DNA from: Lama guanicoe
Taxonomy: Eukaryota
Direction: 5' to 3'
DNA length: 64,000 nt
Assembly (NCBI GenBank): GCA_013239625.1
Contig: MU053482.1
Location: 967,168-1,031,167 of the forward strand
Shown here: piece by piece, positions 1-13,246 of the stretch
Layout of the letters: the number at the start of each line of letters is the position of its first letter
Position numbering within the stretch: the stretch's first letter is position 1
The notes under the pieces: generated by a model
Told to the model about the DNA's origin: nothing
Databases searched by the model: none
The model's input: only the letters and a program-made list of their open reading frames with translations
Program-made: the position numbers and the translations under genes

Positions 1-37
1 ATGGTGGAAAGGATTGAAAAATTAATTTTATTTTTAG

Positions 38-106
38 TAAGTATCGCCAGAGAAACTTGTTCCCTTTGAAACAGTTGTGCCATTTAGATCTCTGCATTAT
101 TGTGAG
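38..106 (+). CDS. Candidate internal coding exon of an unidentified gene
   Basis: Acceptor ttttatttttag ends at 37 and donor GAG|GTATAA is at 107. The 69-bp exon is open as KYRQRNLFPLKQLCHLDLCIIV; an alternative AG at 40-41 gives SPEKLVPFETVVPFRSLHYCE. Non-repeat sequence; no homolog recognised. Confidence 0.3.
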
Positions 107-377
107 GTATAATTTTCATTTATGAATGCCATTAAAAACTAAAGATCAAAATACTTGGAACTTAAAACCAAATTGTTGACTCAGTGTATTACAAAGTGTT
201 AAATGGAGGTTTTCAAAAAGCTATTACTCTCACTACAATTTACAAAAAACATTATTATAATATATTAACATAACATATTAAAATACTAATTTTATAAGAG
301 CAAAAATGTCTTATATCTTTAAGGAGCAAAATAAAATAGTTGGAAATTACTCTTTATTTCATCTTTACTGCATATTG

Positions 378-1885
378 TTTAAATAGATTTATTGAGATAT
401 AATTCACAAACCATACAATTCGTTCATTTAAAGACTGCAATTCAATGTTTCTTAATATATAGTCATAGAAATGTGCAACCATCACCACATTCAGTTTTAG
501 GACATTTTCATTATCTCCAAAAGAAATCCTATACCCATTAGCAGCCATTCCCCATTTCCTATTAAAACCTTCATTTCTAAGCAACCACTACTTTCTATGT
601 CTCTTGATTTGCCTATTTTGGACATTTCATATAAATGGAATCATGTAATATGTGGTCTTTTATGACTGGCTTTTTTTCACATAGCATAATGTTTTCAAGG
701 TTCATCCATATTACAACATGTATCAGTACTTCATTACTTTTAATGACCAAATAATATTACATTGTGATAGATACAGTACCTTTTGCTTATCCATTCTTCC
801 ATTGGTGGTTATTTGGATTGTATCTACCTTTTGGCAGTTGTCAGTAGTGCTGCTATGAACATTCATATATGGATATTTATTTAAACTCCTGTTTTCAATT
901 CTTTTGGTTATGTACCTAGGAGTACAGTTGCTGGATCTTATGGTAGTTTTATGTTTAGCTTTTTGAGGAACTGCCAAACTGCTTTCCATTGTGGATTCAA
1001 CATTTCAAATTCCTACCATCAGTGAATGAGGGCTTCAGTTAATCTGCATCCTTGCCAATACTTCTTATATTCTGTTTTTTTCCCCCTAAATTATCATTAT
1101 CCTAGTGGGTATGAAGTGTGGTATTTCATTGTGGTTTTGATTTACATTTCCCTAATGACTAATGATGTTGAATATCTAATCATGTACTTGTTGGTTGCTT
1201 GTAAATCTTCCTGTGAAAGGACAAATTATGTACTTTGCTTATTTTTAATTTGGGCTGTTTGTCTTTTTGTCATTGAATTATAAGAGTTTTTTATATATTC
1301 TAGGTACTAGAACCTTATCAGATAAATGATTCAGAAATACTTTCTCCCATTCTGGGGTTGTCTTTTCACTTTTTTTTATCATATCCTTTGATGCACAAAA
1401 ATTTTTAGTTTTGATGAACTAGTTTATTTTTTCTTTTTTTATATGTACTTTTGGTCATATCTAAGAAACATTGCCAAATCTGAGGTCATGAAGATTTACC
1501 CTGTGTTTTTTTCTAAGAATTTTATTATTTTAGCTCTTACATTTAGGTCTTTAATCCATTTTGAGTTTATTTTTGTAAATGATGTAAGATATGAGCCAAT
1601 ATTATTCTTTTGCATATGGTAATCCAGTTGTACCAGCATTCTTTGTTGAAAAGACTGTTCTTTCTCCATTGGACTGTGTTGGCACTATTGTCAAAAATTA
1701 GTTAACCTTAGATACAGAAGCTTATTTCTAGACTCTCAGTTCCATTCCATTGATCTCTATGTCTGTCCTTATGCCAGTATCACACTGGCTTGATTACTGT
1801 TGCTTTGTTTAAGTTTCAAGATCTGGAAGTATGACTCTTCTTACTTTGTTCTTCATTTCCAAAACTGTTTCAGCTATATGATGTC
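378..1885 (-). mobile_element. Old L1 (L1MB-like) 3' UTR and ORF2 end, decayed
   Basis: Begins with the L1MB-type 3' end tttattgagatataattcacaaaccatacaattc and continues into antisense ORF2 motifs (gtggttttgatttacatttccctaatgactaatgatgttga). ORF 723..989(-) is an L1-derived remnant. Confidence 0.9.
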
Positions 1886-2102
1886 TCAGATAATGGAGTA
1901 GATCCCAATGATCAAGCTTGTAAGATCTGGGTCTCTAAGTCCTTGGTGCCAAATTATCCATTTGGATTGTCTAGCCTACTGACCTTGGCTAGCATTTCTT
2001 AATGTCAGGACAATGTGTCTAGCTGAATAGGATCTTGCACAAGATTACAGAAGAAAATTTTACTTAATACTGTAGGGGCTTCATACCTTTTCTAGGATCA
2101 TG

Positions 2103-2459
2103 AAATTAAGGAAGTCGGCAGGCATTTCTTTGCAATATTTCTTTTAAGTATTATCTTATCTGCTGATGAGACATAGATGCCAACTCTCTTTCTCTTCCTT
2201 GGTTATCAGCTGGGAAACTACCTGGGCCAGTTCTTCTTCCAGTCATATGCACTTGGTCTTTCAGACTGCTTTGCCTGAAATGTCCTGTTCTGGCTCCTAA
2301 GTTTGTGGCTCAGCAGTGACTTTTCTCAATTGCCAACCACCCCTTCTCTTTCTTCTGATTCTTATCTGAATTTTCTCTCCTATACCTTCTTATTTCTTAC
2401 CAAAGAAACATATTTTAAAAGAAATATTCCAAAGAAATGCCTACTGACTTACTTAATTT
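2103..2459. repeat. 45-bp inverted repeat (arms 2103-2147 and 2415-2459)
   Basis: The reverse complement of aaattaaggaagtcggcaggcatttctttgcaatatttcttttaa matches ttaaaagaaatattccaaagaaatgcctactgacttacttaattt at 41/45 positions. Confidence 0.9.
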
Positions 2460-2578
2460 TTCAGTTCAGTTAGTAGAGATTTGTAGATACACTCCACAGA
2501 ATGCTTCTCCACAGGAGTCTACCTCTGACTGAGAAGTCTTTCTACTTCATATTTCCATAACTTAACATATAATTTGCA

Positions 2579-2580
<2 letters not shown>

Positions 2581-2620
<40 letters not shown>
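2581..2620 (+). repeat. Compound microsatellite (GATA)4(GACA)6
   Basis: Read directly from the sequence. Confidence 0.97.
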
Positions 2621-2623
<3 letters not shown>

Positions 2624-3074
2624 TGGCTTATTCAAATTCACAGTCATTTATAAGAATGGAGTCTCCCTTTCTATAGATTGATTGTTTGTCATATTTCTTC
2701 CAAATTTAAAGGCAGTCTTTCTCCATGTAATTGCTGTCTGTTTTCTAAGCTATGTGATAGGTTGGGATGGGGCAGAGGTGGAAACTTGGAGAACAATGAG
2801 TGTGCGTTCCAGGCAGCAGAACATTGAGATCCAAGTCTCCTAGGCAGTAGGGACTAGGGATATAGCTAGGAGGCTGGGATGGCTGGAACACAGTGCGAGA
2901 GAGGAAGATTGTTAGGAACTGAGGGTGCAGTGCTGGGTGGGGTAGGGGGCAGGAAGTGTAGGACCTTTGGAACCTTGGAGACCGTGGTAAACACTGGATT
3001 TTTTCTGAGGAATGTGGGAAATTATCTGTTCTCCTTCATCTTTTCTTCTTCTTTTTTTCCAGAAACATTTTTTT

Positions 3075-3552
3075 AGTTTTTCCAGTTTTTAAAATTGTTG
3101 TAAAATACATATAACATAAAACTTACTATCTTAACCATTTTTTAGTGTGAAGTTCAGTGGCATTAAGTGCATTCGTATTGTTGTGCGACCATCACCACCA
3201 TCTCCAGAACTGTTCATCTTGTAGAACTGAAACTCTGTATCTATTAAACAGTAGCTCCTTGACCCCCCCCCAGACCTTGACAACCACAGTCTGTTTTCTT
3301 TCTTTCTTTTTTTTTAATTTCTCCCTTTCCTAGTGTCCCAGCTCTGGTAACCACCAATAATCTTCTTACTTTGTTACGACTCTACTCTTATTACTTTAAG
3401 TTCAGCATTTTTAGTTCCAAATGTAAGTGACATCATGTAACATTTGTCTTTCTGTATCAGGTTTATTTTACTTAGCATAATGTCCTCCAGTTTCTTGCAC
3501 TTCGTCACAAATAGTAGGATCTCCTTTATTAAGGCTGAATAATAGTCAAGTA

Positions 3553-3585
<33 letters not shown>

Positions 3586-4452
3586 CTCATCTTATTTATC
3601 CATTCATCCACTAATGAACATTTAGGTTGCTCTTCGTATCTTGTCTACTGTGAATAATACTGCAGCGAACATGGAAGTACAGCTGTCTTACCAAGAAAGT
3701 GGTTTTATTTCCTTTGGCTATATATACCCAGAAGTGGGGTTGCTGGATCATCTGGTAGTTCTATTTTTTTTAATGGAGGTACTGGAGATTCAACCCAGGA
3801 CCTAATGCATGCTAAGCATGCACTGAGCTATTACCCTCTCCCTATTTTTAATATTTTAAGAAACCTTCATACTCTTTCCACAGTGGCTGCACCAATTTAC
3901 CTTCCCAGCCACAGTGCTCAAGTGTTACATTTTCTCAATATCCTCACCAATGCTTATCTCTTGTCTTTTTGATGATAGCCATTCTAACAGATATGAGGTG
4001 ATATCTCATTGAAGTTTTGATTTGCATTTCCCTGATAATTAGTGATGTTGAGCATCTTTTCATATACCTATTGTCTATTTGTTTTTCTCATTTGGAAAAA
4101 TATCTGTTCAGAACCTCTGCCCATTTTTAAGTTAGATTATTTGGGGGTTTTTTTGTTCTTTTTTTTTTTGATGTTGAGTTGTATGAGTTCCCTATATATT
4201 TTGATATTAACCCTTTATCAGATATATATTTTGCAAATAATTTCTCCCATCCCATAGGTTACCTTCTCATTTTGTTGTTTCTTTTGCTGTGTAGAAGCTT
4301 CTTAGTTTGATATAGTCCTTTTGTTTATTTTTGCTTTTATTGCTTATGATTTTGATGTCATATCCAGAAAGTCTTTGCCAAGACCAATGTCAAGGAATTT
4401 TCCCTATTTTTTCTTCTAGGAGTTTTATGGTTTGTGGTCTTATATTTAAGTC
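3075..4452 (-). mobile_element. Old L1 fragments (L1MB-like 3' end, then L1MA-like 3' UTR/ORF2), interrupted by a SINE at 3764-3842; contains (TG)n at ~3560-3583
   Basis: ttgtaaaatacatataacataaaacttactatcttaaccatttt, and ORF2 antisense motifs such as gatagccattctaacagatatgaggtgatatctcatt. Confidence 0.88.
3764..3842 (-). mobile_element. Camelid tRNA-derived SINE (Vic-1-like), short form with small internal deletion
   Basis: Poly-T followed by aatggaggtactggagattcaacccaggacc...gcatgcactgagcta. Flanked by ctattttt on both sides; splits the host L1. Confidence 0.88.
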
Positions 4453-4544
4453 TTTTTTTTTTTAATGGAGGTACTGGGGATTGAACCCAGAACCTCATGC
4501 ATGCTAAGCGTGCACTCTACCACTGACCTATACCCTTCAACCCC
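4453..4544 (-). mobile_element. Camelid tRNA-derived SINE (Vic-1-like), short form
   Basis: Poly-T followed by aatggaggtactggggattgaacccag...gcactctaccactgacctataccc; Pol III A and B boxes on the - strand. Confidence 0.9.
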
Positions 4545-4636
4545 TATACTTTTATTTATTTTTATATATATACATATATGTGTGTGTGTGTGTATAGACA
4601 TACATACACAGCAAACAATAAAGTCTTATGTGTAAC

Positions 4637-5065
4637 TGTCAAAGAGAAACAGAGCTGGATAGTAGTTAAAGCAGTGACAGATTTTATTCAGAAACTATTG
4701 CAGCAGACAAAAAGCTACCTCAGTATGGAACTACTCTCAGTTCTGAATACAACAAAAACAGCTGGGGATTATAGTCACAGAGCCAAACGTGGAGGTCAGT
4801 GGATGGAAAATAGGGAAGAAGAGACATCAAAGGCAGGGGGATTGTTGCTAAACCTACTTGACAGGATTCTTGCTGAAGGCAGGATGGGGTGATCAGACAT
4901 CAAGGTTGGGTAATTCTCTCTAAACTGACTTAGCAGGATTCTAGCTAAAACTGGACCCTGAAGACATATCCCCCTGCCAACTATGGGGGCCAAGGTCGAG
5001 ATCTAATCTGAAAGAGGCCTCAGAGGAGCCTGATCAAAGTTTGGTCACAGAGAGTGTCTTTGCTA
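4637..5065 (-). mobile_element. Solo ERV1 LTR, MER31-like
   Basis: Contains ctaaactgacttagcaggattctagctaaaactggac and cctcagaggagcctgatcaaagtttggtca, matching the recalled MER31 consensus in reverse. Confidence 0.8.
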
Positions 5066-5189
5066 ACTCACAGATTGTCCCTAATGTAGAATTATATCCA
5101 TATTTGATAAATTATTGATTAATCAAACAAATCTGATCATCAGTAGAATGAAGAGCAAGAATTTGGCCTGTTTCAGATAAGTTGTTTTC

Positions 5190-5758
5190 AGCTGTTTTTG
5201 AGCAGATTAAAAGATGTCATCTTCTATTTTTAAAAAATCCTTTTGGCATGTTCATGATCTGTAGGAAAACCCCCAACTTGTTGTCTAGACATATAAAATC
5301 TATTAAGATCTTTGCCATGAATATCTTTCCACTTTCATTTACTGCCTCTCCTCAACATGCTTGTGAATTGTAGGCAAGCCAGACTATACACGATCTTTTT
5401 CCTAGATGTGACCTTTCTTAAATCCAAGACTTTACTCAAGATGTTCCTTCTTTCTAGCATGGCCTTGTCAACTTGGTAAACTCTTGTGTTACCTTTCAAG
5501 ACTCATCGCAGTGTCACCTGTTCTGAAGGACTTTCTCTCGCCTTCCTAGCCAGGTTTAAGAGTACCATCCTCAATACTCCCTTTGGATCCTGTCTGTAGC
5601 ACTTACAGTATCACACTGCAGTTACTGGTTTACATGCTTATCTGTCCCCAAAGACCCTGGAGGCAGCGATGTTGTTTCAGGCATCTCTGTGTGCCCACAT
5701 CTACCTCAGTGCTTGGCACCATGTGGGTCTGCAGTACATGTAGGCTGAATGAATGAAC
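5190..5758 (+). mobile_element. L2 LINE 3' fragment
   Basis: Ends in the L2 terminus cagtgcttggcac...tgaatgaatgaa. Confidence 0.7.
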
Positions 5759-5883
5759 AAAGATCTTATAACTGGAACTTAACCTAACACCTGGCAGTCA
5801 GTAGAAATGATTGTTCAAATAAACTAAAAGTCTCTCTTTCTTCCACGCAGTAAGGAAGAGACTTCTGTGATTGTTTTGCCTAG

Positions 5884-5942
5884 GCAGCGCCAGAAAACAG
5901 GATCACAGACAAAAAATGGCACGTTGCCAAGCATTAATGCCA
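5884..5942 (+). CDS. Candidate internal exon of an unidentified gene
   Basis: Acceptor ttgttttgcctag and strong donor CA|GTGAGT. Open as QRQKTGSQTKNGTLPSINA (phase 2 to 1), which is compatible with exon 38-106. In phase 0 it reads AAPENRITDKKWHVAKH*. Confidence 0.33.
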
Positions 5943-8900
5943 GTGAGTTTCTGAAAGGCATTTTTATGGTCTAAACAAACTCCTTCAAGCTTTTTCTGTA
6001 TAACTATGTAAATTAAGTTCTTCTAACTCAGAATTTTATCTCATCAAGCACCTAAACCGTTATGTAGTAGGGGCAATGGGAAAAGAGGATATGCAAACAG
6101 AACTGGGGTATGCTTTTTTTTTCTGTAGAGATCAGAACATAAAGCAATGATTTTCAATAAACTTGTCTACAATTATAGCTCCTCTTCTTCCCCCAGCAGC
6201 CTCGCCAGCTGACCGGCTAACCAGGTAGTATCGGCCAGGCCACCTTAAGGTCTAAGGACAGAGCTCAGGGGAAGAAGAAGGAGAATATTCTTAGACAAAC
6301 AGTAGGTATGAACAGGAAAAAGAAACAGAATTTGTGTAAACTTTGGCCACAAAGAAGTAAATAAACACTGCAGTGTATAATTGTGGGATGTAAAAATGTG
6401 CATGAAAACTTACTCCAGAACGTAGATTGAAATTTTGGAAAGTAACTATTTTGCATGTTTGAGAAATTAAAGATATTATAGACCTGTAATAATGAAGACT
6501 CAAAGAGATCCTAAAACTAGAGACGAGAGGTTAGCTGGGAAAGCTGGAGAGGAAAGAAGGAGAGGCGGAGGGAGAGAGAGGAGAGAGAGGGAGGGAAGGA
6601 GGGAGACAGAGCCTATTTTCACAGATTCAGAAATAAATATAAAATGGATTAGGAAGCAACAGAGAATAGAAACATTACAGACAATTATATTAGAGGAGGA
6701 AAGACTTGAGAAAAAGATATGGGGATTAAAAGTGTTTTTCTTTCTTTATTATCATTTTAATAGGATTTTAGGAAGACGAGAAGGTAAAAGCTGTGGCTGA
6801 AAAACCACCTTTAACAAGGAGTCCCCATCTTGTCTTCACTTTTGAGAAAGAAAATAGGACTGTTGGAAGAGAAAATAGAACATGAGCCATTAGTAAGCGC
6901 TAATGAGCCCTAAAAACACTGGATGTCCATTATTAAAAAAGGATTATTTCTAATCTGGACTACAGACAACTTTTATATTTTATATGAAACCCTTGCTGAG
7001 CAGTGTATGGCTCAGAAACTCCACTTGCAGGTCTTAAGCATCATCTTATTGAATTTGTCTTATGCATGTGCCATAAGTATCTGGAAGTCTTTGGCTGGTC
7101 CATTCATATCTAGAGACAGCACAATGGTGACTAGAAGCTTTGTATGCACAGGGCTGTTGTAGTTTGTTTGCTTTTTCAGTTGGGTGAACCAGGAAGCACA
7201 AATCTATTTCATTCGAGAACTAAGTGTTGATATTCAAATGTTTTCTCTTAGTCAGGCGGATTTCCCCATACAGTAACCCCTAATCACCTTTGTGTATGTT
7301 TAGAGGGGATGTAATTTTGTCTGTCATCAATCTGGAAGCTGAGAGATCAGAAGAGATTGGGAGGGTCTCATCATTTAATTTCATTCTCCAGTTTCCACTG
7401 CAGTACTCCAGCAGTTACATGTGCTAGGTGTCCTCATATCAAATCCCTCTAGTTTATCTTCTCCACACAATTAACTTTCAGTCTTCCGCTGAGGTGGGAG
7501 GCCAGGCAATCATCTGTAAAATGTCAGAGAGGGGATGTGAACACCTAATTGCTTCTTTTGTGGATTTTTTTCTTTTCAAAGCCGTATGCTTCATCATCAA
7601 GTTACACACAATTCTAGGGCCTTTCTGGAGTTTGGGAGTGTGAGCTGGTCTACTTATGGGACTTCTGCATTTCTGGATTTGACTGCAGCTTTGTTTTTCC
7701 AACTGGGAAAATCAGTTACATTTGTTTTTCAGCCCCCTAAATTCTGGGTTGTTACCTCCAAACATTCACTCTTTCTCCTTGAGAATTCCGACCCTTTTCT
7801 ATAACTGGGGGAGAGGCACTGAAGAGAGGAGAGCTAGGTACATTTCGGCAGTCTGCCATTAGAAAGCCCTAATCAATGCTTTCTCCCAACTCTGTGTTTA
7901 AAAAACTTCAAACATACATAAAAAATTGGAAGAATAGTACAATGAGCACCCATATACCCTTAACTCGGATTTACCAATTGTTAGCCTTTTGCTATAATTA
8001 CTTTTTCTCTGCTTTTTTTTTCTCCTCCTTTATTTTAAGGTGACTCTTCTAGCACTTCGATGGCAAACCTGAAATGTTTATTGACCTAGTTCCCCTAATT
8101 TGTCATGACTTGAACTCCAAACTTTGCCTCCCAAGAAGATGCTGAAATCCCTGCTTAGCTCTTTTAGCCCATCTTCTGCTGCTTTCTGCTGGGTTTCTTG
8201 GACTCTTGCCTTATGCCTGCACAAAGGATCTGAGAAGAGTTTTACACAGATTTTGAGAATCCTTCCTTTGGCTGCTCTTTGCTAAGATTTCTTCTCTTAA
8301 CTTCCAATCACTTCAGCAGCCCCAGGCTCTGAGTCCTTGGCACAGTGAGCCTGCTGCTTCCCAACTGAGCTCCATTTCCTGTGTGCGACACTGAGGGTGG
8401 CTGTTAGGTGAGTAGTCAGCAAGTAGAAGTCAAACCAGTGTGTTTCCCTTCTTTTAAGGCTCGTATTGCCTGTGATATCTGCCTGCATTTGGTTGCTCTT
8501 GTGCCCAGAGATTATAACCATTATTGGGAGGAGATCCGTCTGATACAACCTATTCTGTCACCACTGGAAATGGAGCCTCTAATTTGCTAACATTGTTTGG
8601 GATTTTGCATTTATTTATTTATTTTGGAATTTTGCGTGTATGTTCATGAATGACATTGGCCTATAATTTTCTTATAATGTCCTTATTAAGTTTTGGGTTC
8701 AAATTTATAGGGCCTCATCAAACATATGGGAAAGTGTCCTCTTTTCTTAATTCTCTGGAGGAGTTTCTACTATGCTGGTGTTATTTCTTCTTTAAATTTG
8801 GGTAGAATTTATTCATTAAGACATTTAGGTTTAGATTTTTCTCTATGGAAAATTTTCAAATTGTGGATTAATTTGCTTAATTGTGATTAAACTATTCAGA

Positions 8901-10356
8901 TTTTTCTGTCTCTTCATAAATCAGTTTTATTAGGTTTTTGCTTTCTCTTTCTTTCTGCCTGTATCTCTTTCTCTTTTTTTTCCTGCTTGCATGGACGCTA
9001 AATTTTGAACAATTTAAGCATGAGAAATAGTGATCTATTTTTGCTGATCCATTTGAAAGATGCAGAATCCATGAACTACACTCCAAAATACACACATAGC
9101 CTTAGGTATCTGAGGAGTAAAGATATCCTCATACATAAATACAATATCATTTTCACACCTAAAGAGTAATAATAATCTGTAACATCGACTAATCCCCAGT
9201 CCATATTCAACTGACCCCAACTGAGCATATATGTAAAATTGGTCATTCATACTAATATTTCCCATTAAGATTTAATATCTTAAGCAGTTTGTGACATTTG
9301 TTTATATCACATTTTTCTTTTTTTCATACAATAAAACTTGGTACCTACATATTTTCTTTATTTCACAAGATACATAAAACTGCTTCAGAATTACAATACT
9401 AATATTACTACGAAAAATAGATTATTATAAACAGCTCAGGATTTTTTTGCAGTTTAATTTTTTCCTTAGAATAGGTGCTACTAGAGATGGAAAGCCACAG
9501 TGCTGTATTCAAAAATCATTTGAAAAAATTCTATTTTCCTGTGTTACATTATCAATTTAATATACACTTAGTTTTTTCCTTATCTTTATATTCAGTTGCA
9601 GGTGTTTTCTTTTTAGATCTTTGTTATTTAATTTTATTTTCTGAATATATAAAGTGTTCACATTATTCAAAAAATCAAAACTATATGAAAATGTATACTC
9701 AGATAAAGTGAAAAGGTACATTTAGATAAAAAATATACTTAGATACTGACTCCTAACCTTCTCTCCTCCACTCTACTCTCACAAGCTACGTGACCGTATG
9801 AGACAGCCACTCAGTTTAAGTAATGACTGTCATTAGTTGGTGATTTCTCCTTATGTTTCTTTTTATAAAAGTGGGCATATATTTATATCCTAATTCTCCC
9901 CCTCTTTCTTATACAAAAGGAAGCATTCTCTGTATACATTATTTTGCACCTTTTTTCCTACTTAATTATGGAAACTGAAATGAAAATTGTTCCATATCAA
10001 TTTATAGAAATCTTTCTAATTATTTTTATAGCTGCATGGTAGTGCATTAGGTAGTTACGGTTTAACTATGCTCCTACTAACAGGAATTTGTATTCTCTCA
10101 CATTTTAATAGTTTTACTACTATGAAAATGCTTCAGTGAGTAGCCATGTGCATATGTTGTCTTATATTTGTGGAGATGTATCTGGAGGGTAGTTCTAGAA
10201 CTGGGACTGCTCAGTCAAAGGGTAAATGCATAAACACGTCTCCAGTCTTCTCCACAGGGAGCTAATCAACTTTAAAAAGCATCTAAGCTTATTATATCAC
10301 TACCTTTATTAATTTTGATGTCTGTTTATAAATAATAACTTAAAAAATCTTTGCAT

Positions 10357-11206
10357 ATACCCTTCATAAATATTAACTGATGATGAATCACAGACCTAAA
10401 AGTAAAACACAAAGCCATAAAACTCCTAGAAGACGGCATAGGAGCAAACCTAGATAATCTTGGATATGGAGGTGACTTTTTAGATACAACAGCAAGTGCA
10501 CAATCTATGAAAGAAATAATTGATTAGCTGGACTTCAGTAAAATTAAAAGCTTTTGCTCTGCAAAAGATAATGTCAAGAGAATGCGAAGACAGGCCACCA
10601 ACTGGGAGTAAATACCTGCAAAGGACACATATGATAAAGGACTGTTACCCGAAATACACAAAGAACTCTTAAAATTCAGTTGGAAGACAAACAACCTGAT
10701 TAAAAATGTGCCAAAGACCTTAATAGATGCCTCATCAGAAAAGATAGACAAATGGAAAATAAGCATATGAAAAGATGCTCCACATCATATGTCATCAGGG
10801 AAATGCAGAATGAAACAGTGAGATATGACTACACACCTATTAGAATAGCCAAAATCTGGAGCACTGACAAAACCAGATGTTGGCAAATATGTGAGCAATG
10901 GGCACTCTTATTCATTGCTGGTGGGAATGCAAAATGGTGCATACGCTTTGGAAGACAGTTTGGTGATTTCTTACAAAACTAAACATACTCTTATCATATG
11001 ATCCAACAATTGCACTCCTTGATATTTACCCAAAGGACTGAATAGGTATGTCCACACAAAAACCTGCACAAGGCGGGTATTGATAATGGGAGGTGGGGTG
11101 TGTACTGCATATGTGGGAGCAGAGGACATACGAGAAATCTCTGTCGCTTCCCCTCAGTTTTTCTGTGAAACTTACATTTTTAAAAATATATAGTCTTAAC
11201 TTTTAA
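10357..11206 (+). mobile_element. Old 5'-truncated L1 (L1MC-like) with internal 3' UTR deletion and intact TSD
   Basis: ORF 10752..10982 (MENKHMKRCSTSYVIREMQ...) is the L1 ORF2 C-terminal region, followed by an L1MC-type tail. Perfect 15-bp direct repeat aaaaaatctttgcat at 10342-10356 and 11207-11221. Confidence 0.9.
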
Positions 11207-12079
11207 AAAAAATCTTTGCATGACCTTCTAGAGAACTAGAGTTTTGCTTTATTTTGTTTTACTGTTTAGCCCCTTTTCCTTTACTGCACTGAGACCCAAC
11301 TGCACCTAACCTTCCTTGTAATTTCCCAATAATCTTAAAACCTTTTATGACCCCATTTCTGAGGCCCCATAGTTATCAAAGTATATTTTGTACTTCACAG
11401 TTGTCTCTGATCCATGTTAAGATGTTGGCCACTTGTCCTTTCAGTCTGTAACTCTCTGTAAAACCAGTTCAGTGAATCATTACAGTATTCACTAAAGGCA
11501 GGGAATTTTCTATTATTGTGGTTTGGGAAATGTTTTCTTTCTTCCTTCAAAGAGAACAGCAACTTAGCAAAATAATTGATCTGTAGTGAGAAAACATATC
11601 CCATAAGTGTTCTCTAAGTATTTCCCCAGTCTCTTTAGTCCTCTAATCTTTGAGTTATGAAAGTAAAGATTTTCTTTTCTTCCCACCTTTGAATGTTAGG
11701 TCTCCTCTTACCCCGGGTGCGTGTACTTCAAGTTCTTTAAATTTGTAATCTGAAAAATCAACATACTGGTAACTCTCTGTCTTCCTTTATGTTAATGATG
11801 GAAGAATGTTAAATCTCAAACTCTAGGACACATGCTTTTTATCAGTTCAAGAAAATTATTTTAGGTTGATGTCTTAGTTTCATAATTACGGTTTATTTTA
11901 ATTGTTCCTCACATCTTGTTTGGCACCACAATTGTGCACAGGTTAGACTTATATTTGTGACACTTTTCAGGTCTTATTTTCAGTTGTGTGTGGTTAATGC
12001 TCATTCTTGTGATGACATTTATTCTCACTAGTTAGTACCCATTTCATACAATTGTCAGATACCTTTAACATCGCCCTAG

Positions 12080-12412
12080 TGTGATACCCTTACACTAGTC
12101 GGTGGACCAGTGCCAGTCCCTGATGAAGTTTCCTTTTATCTCTGGCTAATTTAGAAATAGAAGGACAGATAAAATTAGTTCACAATAAAGATGAATGTTT
12201 TCAATTTACAAAACTAGTCTTTTTTCATAGCCTGTGCCGGTCCTAAATTTTTGGTTACAAATGTTTTTTCTTTTATAAAGAAACGGTGATGTTGTGTTTC
12301 TTTTTTAACATTCTTACTTGGCTTAATAGAAAGATGACACTATGTCAGTCCTCAAAATTTTTTAAAGGAGGAAGAAAATACCAATTTGTGAACTTCAAAA
12401 GTCTGGGAACAC
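12080..12412. mobile_element. hAT-Charlie DNA transposon remnant
   Basis: gtcggtggaccagtgccagtccctgatgaagttt subterminal motif and aagtctgggaacact terminus resemble Charlie elements. Confidence 0.55.
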
Positions 12413-13246
12413 TAACCTTTGTCATTGTTTTCTCAGTGCCTAGACCTGGTGGTGTTTAACTTGTCCGTGGCATTTCTCTAGGATTGAGATTTGAGATTTA
12501 ACTTTATCCTTTGAGTTACTGACTCTTCTTGCCTTCTTCTCTGCTATTTCCAGGAATTTTTATAATTCCTTTTTAATTTGCATTGCAACTGTTCAGCTCT
12601 TTCATAGTTGATGTTGTCTACTTCATATTCCTCCAGTCTTAAAGGCCAAGGGGCATATCAGAAATAATAATCAGGATCTGGTAAGAAACCAGATTTTCTG
12701 GCTTCGGTTTACATGTTTCCCACACTACAGATTCTCCTTCTGTTGTTTCTGGAAGTCTCCAGTGAGCATCTCACACGTGTGCCTTGAGTCTCTCTGGTCT
12801 GCTGAGTGGATGTACCTCTGTAGGCTACATCACTAATGAAGGTGCTTTGTCATCACCAGTGGCACTGGTGCCCATTCTTATGAATATGATGTCTGGCCAG
12901 TGATGCTGTGTTCTCTTACTCCTCTAGATGAGGGCAATAAATCCTGGAAAGAATGAAAATATTTTATTATCTGTAGATAATAACTGTATAGCTAGAACAT
13001 TTCCAAGAATTGGTAAAAACTAATAGCATTAATTTTTGTAATGGACTAAGACATGTCAGTTTCAAGGCAAAAAAAATCAGTAATATTTTAAAGTATTAAA
13101 AATAAATGGAGACACTAAACAGGAAAGGCCCTACCTTAATATAACACACACAGACACACATGCACACTTACACGATATACATACAAACACACACACAAAG
13201 ACATTGGGATAAAATAACAATACATAGCTTCATAATGAAAATAATA

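Noticed and set aside
6492..6800. 102-aa Arg/Glu/Gly-rich ORF
   Set aside because: Explained by the purine-rich low-complexity tract; no homology or splice support.
10752..10982. Short ORFs with protein-like sequence (also 723..989, 17335..17517, 24155..24343, 63515..63733)
   Set aside because: They are remnants of L1 ORF2 or 3' UTR inside decayed elements.
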